Positions 63,885 to 64,000 of a DNA stretch of 64,000 nucleotides are shown here, piece after piece. The position numbers and the translations under genes were made by a program. The first letter of the stretch is position 1. Every line of letters starts with the position of its first letter. The stretch comes from Octopus sinensis (lineage: Eukaryota): NCBI RefSeq assembly GCF_006345805.1, contig NC_043006.1:20150001-20214000 (forward strand), given 5' to 3'. The notes beneath the pieces were generated by a model. That model ran no database searches. It was not told the DNA's origin and saw only the letters and a list, made by a program, of their open reading frames with translations.

Positions 63885-64000
63885 TGTGTGTGTATATGTT
63901 TGTGTGTCTGTGTTTGTCCCCCTAGCATTGCTTGACAACCGATGCTGGTGTGTTTACGTCTCCGTCACTTAGCGGTTCGGCAAAAGAGACCGATAGAATA
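63678..64000 (+). mobile_element. SINE family A, cut by window edge
   Basis: Head, microsatellite and second half. Confidence 0.9.

Overview
Eukaryotic, AT-rich, repeat-dense genomic DNA, most likely from an octopus (inferred from the SINE families and microsatellite load; not verified). Two first coding exons lie head-to-head about 1.3 kb apart. On the minus strand is TRMT13 (19532-19720, CCCH-type zinc finger, phase-0 donor). On the plus strand is RAD23 (21007-21072, start of the UBL domain, phase-0 donor). I could not recognise exon 2 of either gene, so the rest of the window is probably two very long first introns. These contain a decayed intronless class I aldolase retrocopy (3354-4408, minus) and four SINE-like families, labelled A-D here, with about 60 copies. 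They also contain TTAA/piggyBac-type and hAT-type MITEs, decayed LINE reverse transcriptase remnants, two foldback palindromes and long (TA)n tracts, which explain most ORFs in the track. The observations most worth follow-up are: a mutated type I hammerhead ribozyme inside a Penelope-like direct+inverted repeat (52.9-53.4 kb); head-to-tail multimers of SINE D that share one junction; a homogenised 63-bp array inside family C; a 775-bp duplication with a SINE-recombination signature; and a 332-bp near-perfect palindrome. There is no CRISPR array or prokaryotic system. All calls are by eye and boundaries of decayed repeats are approximate.
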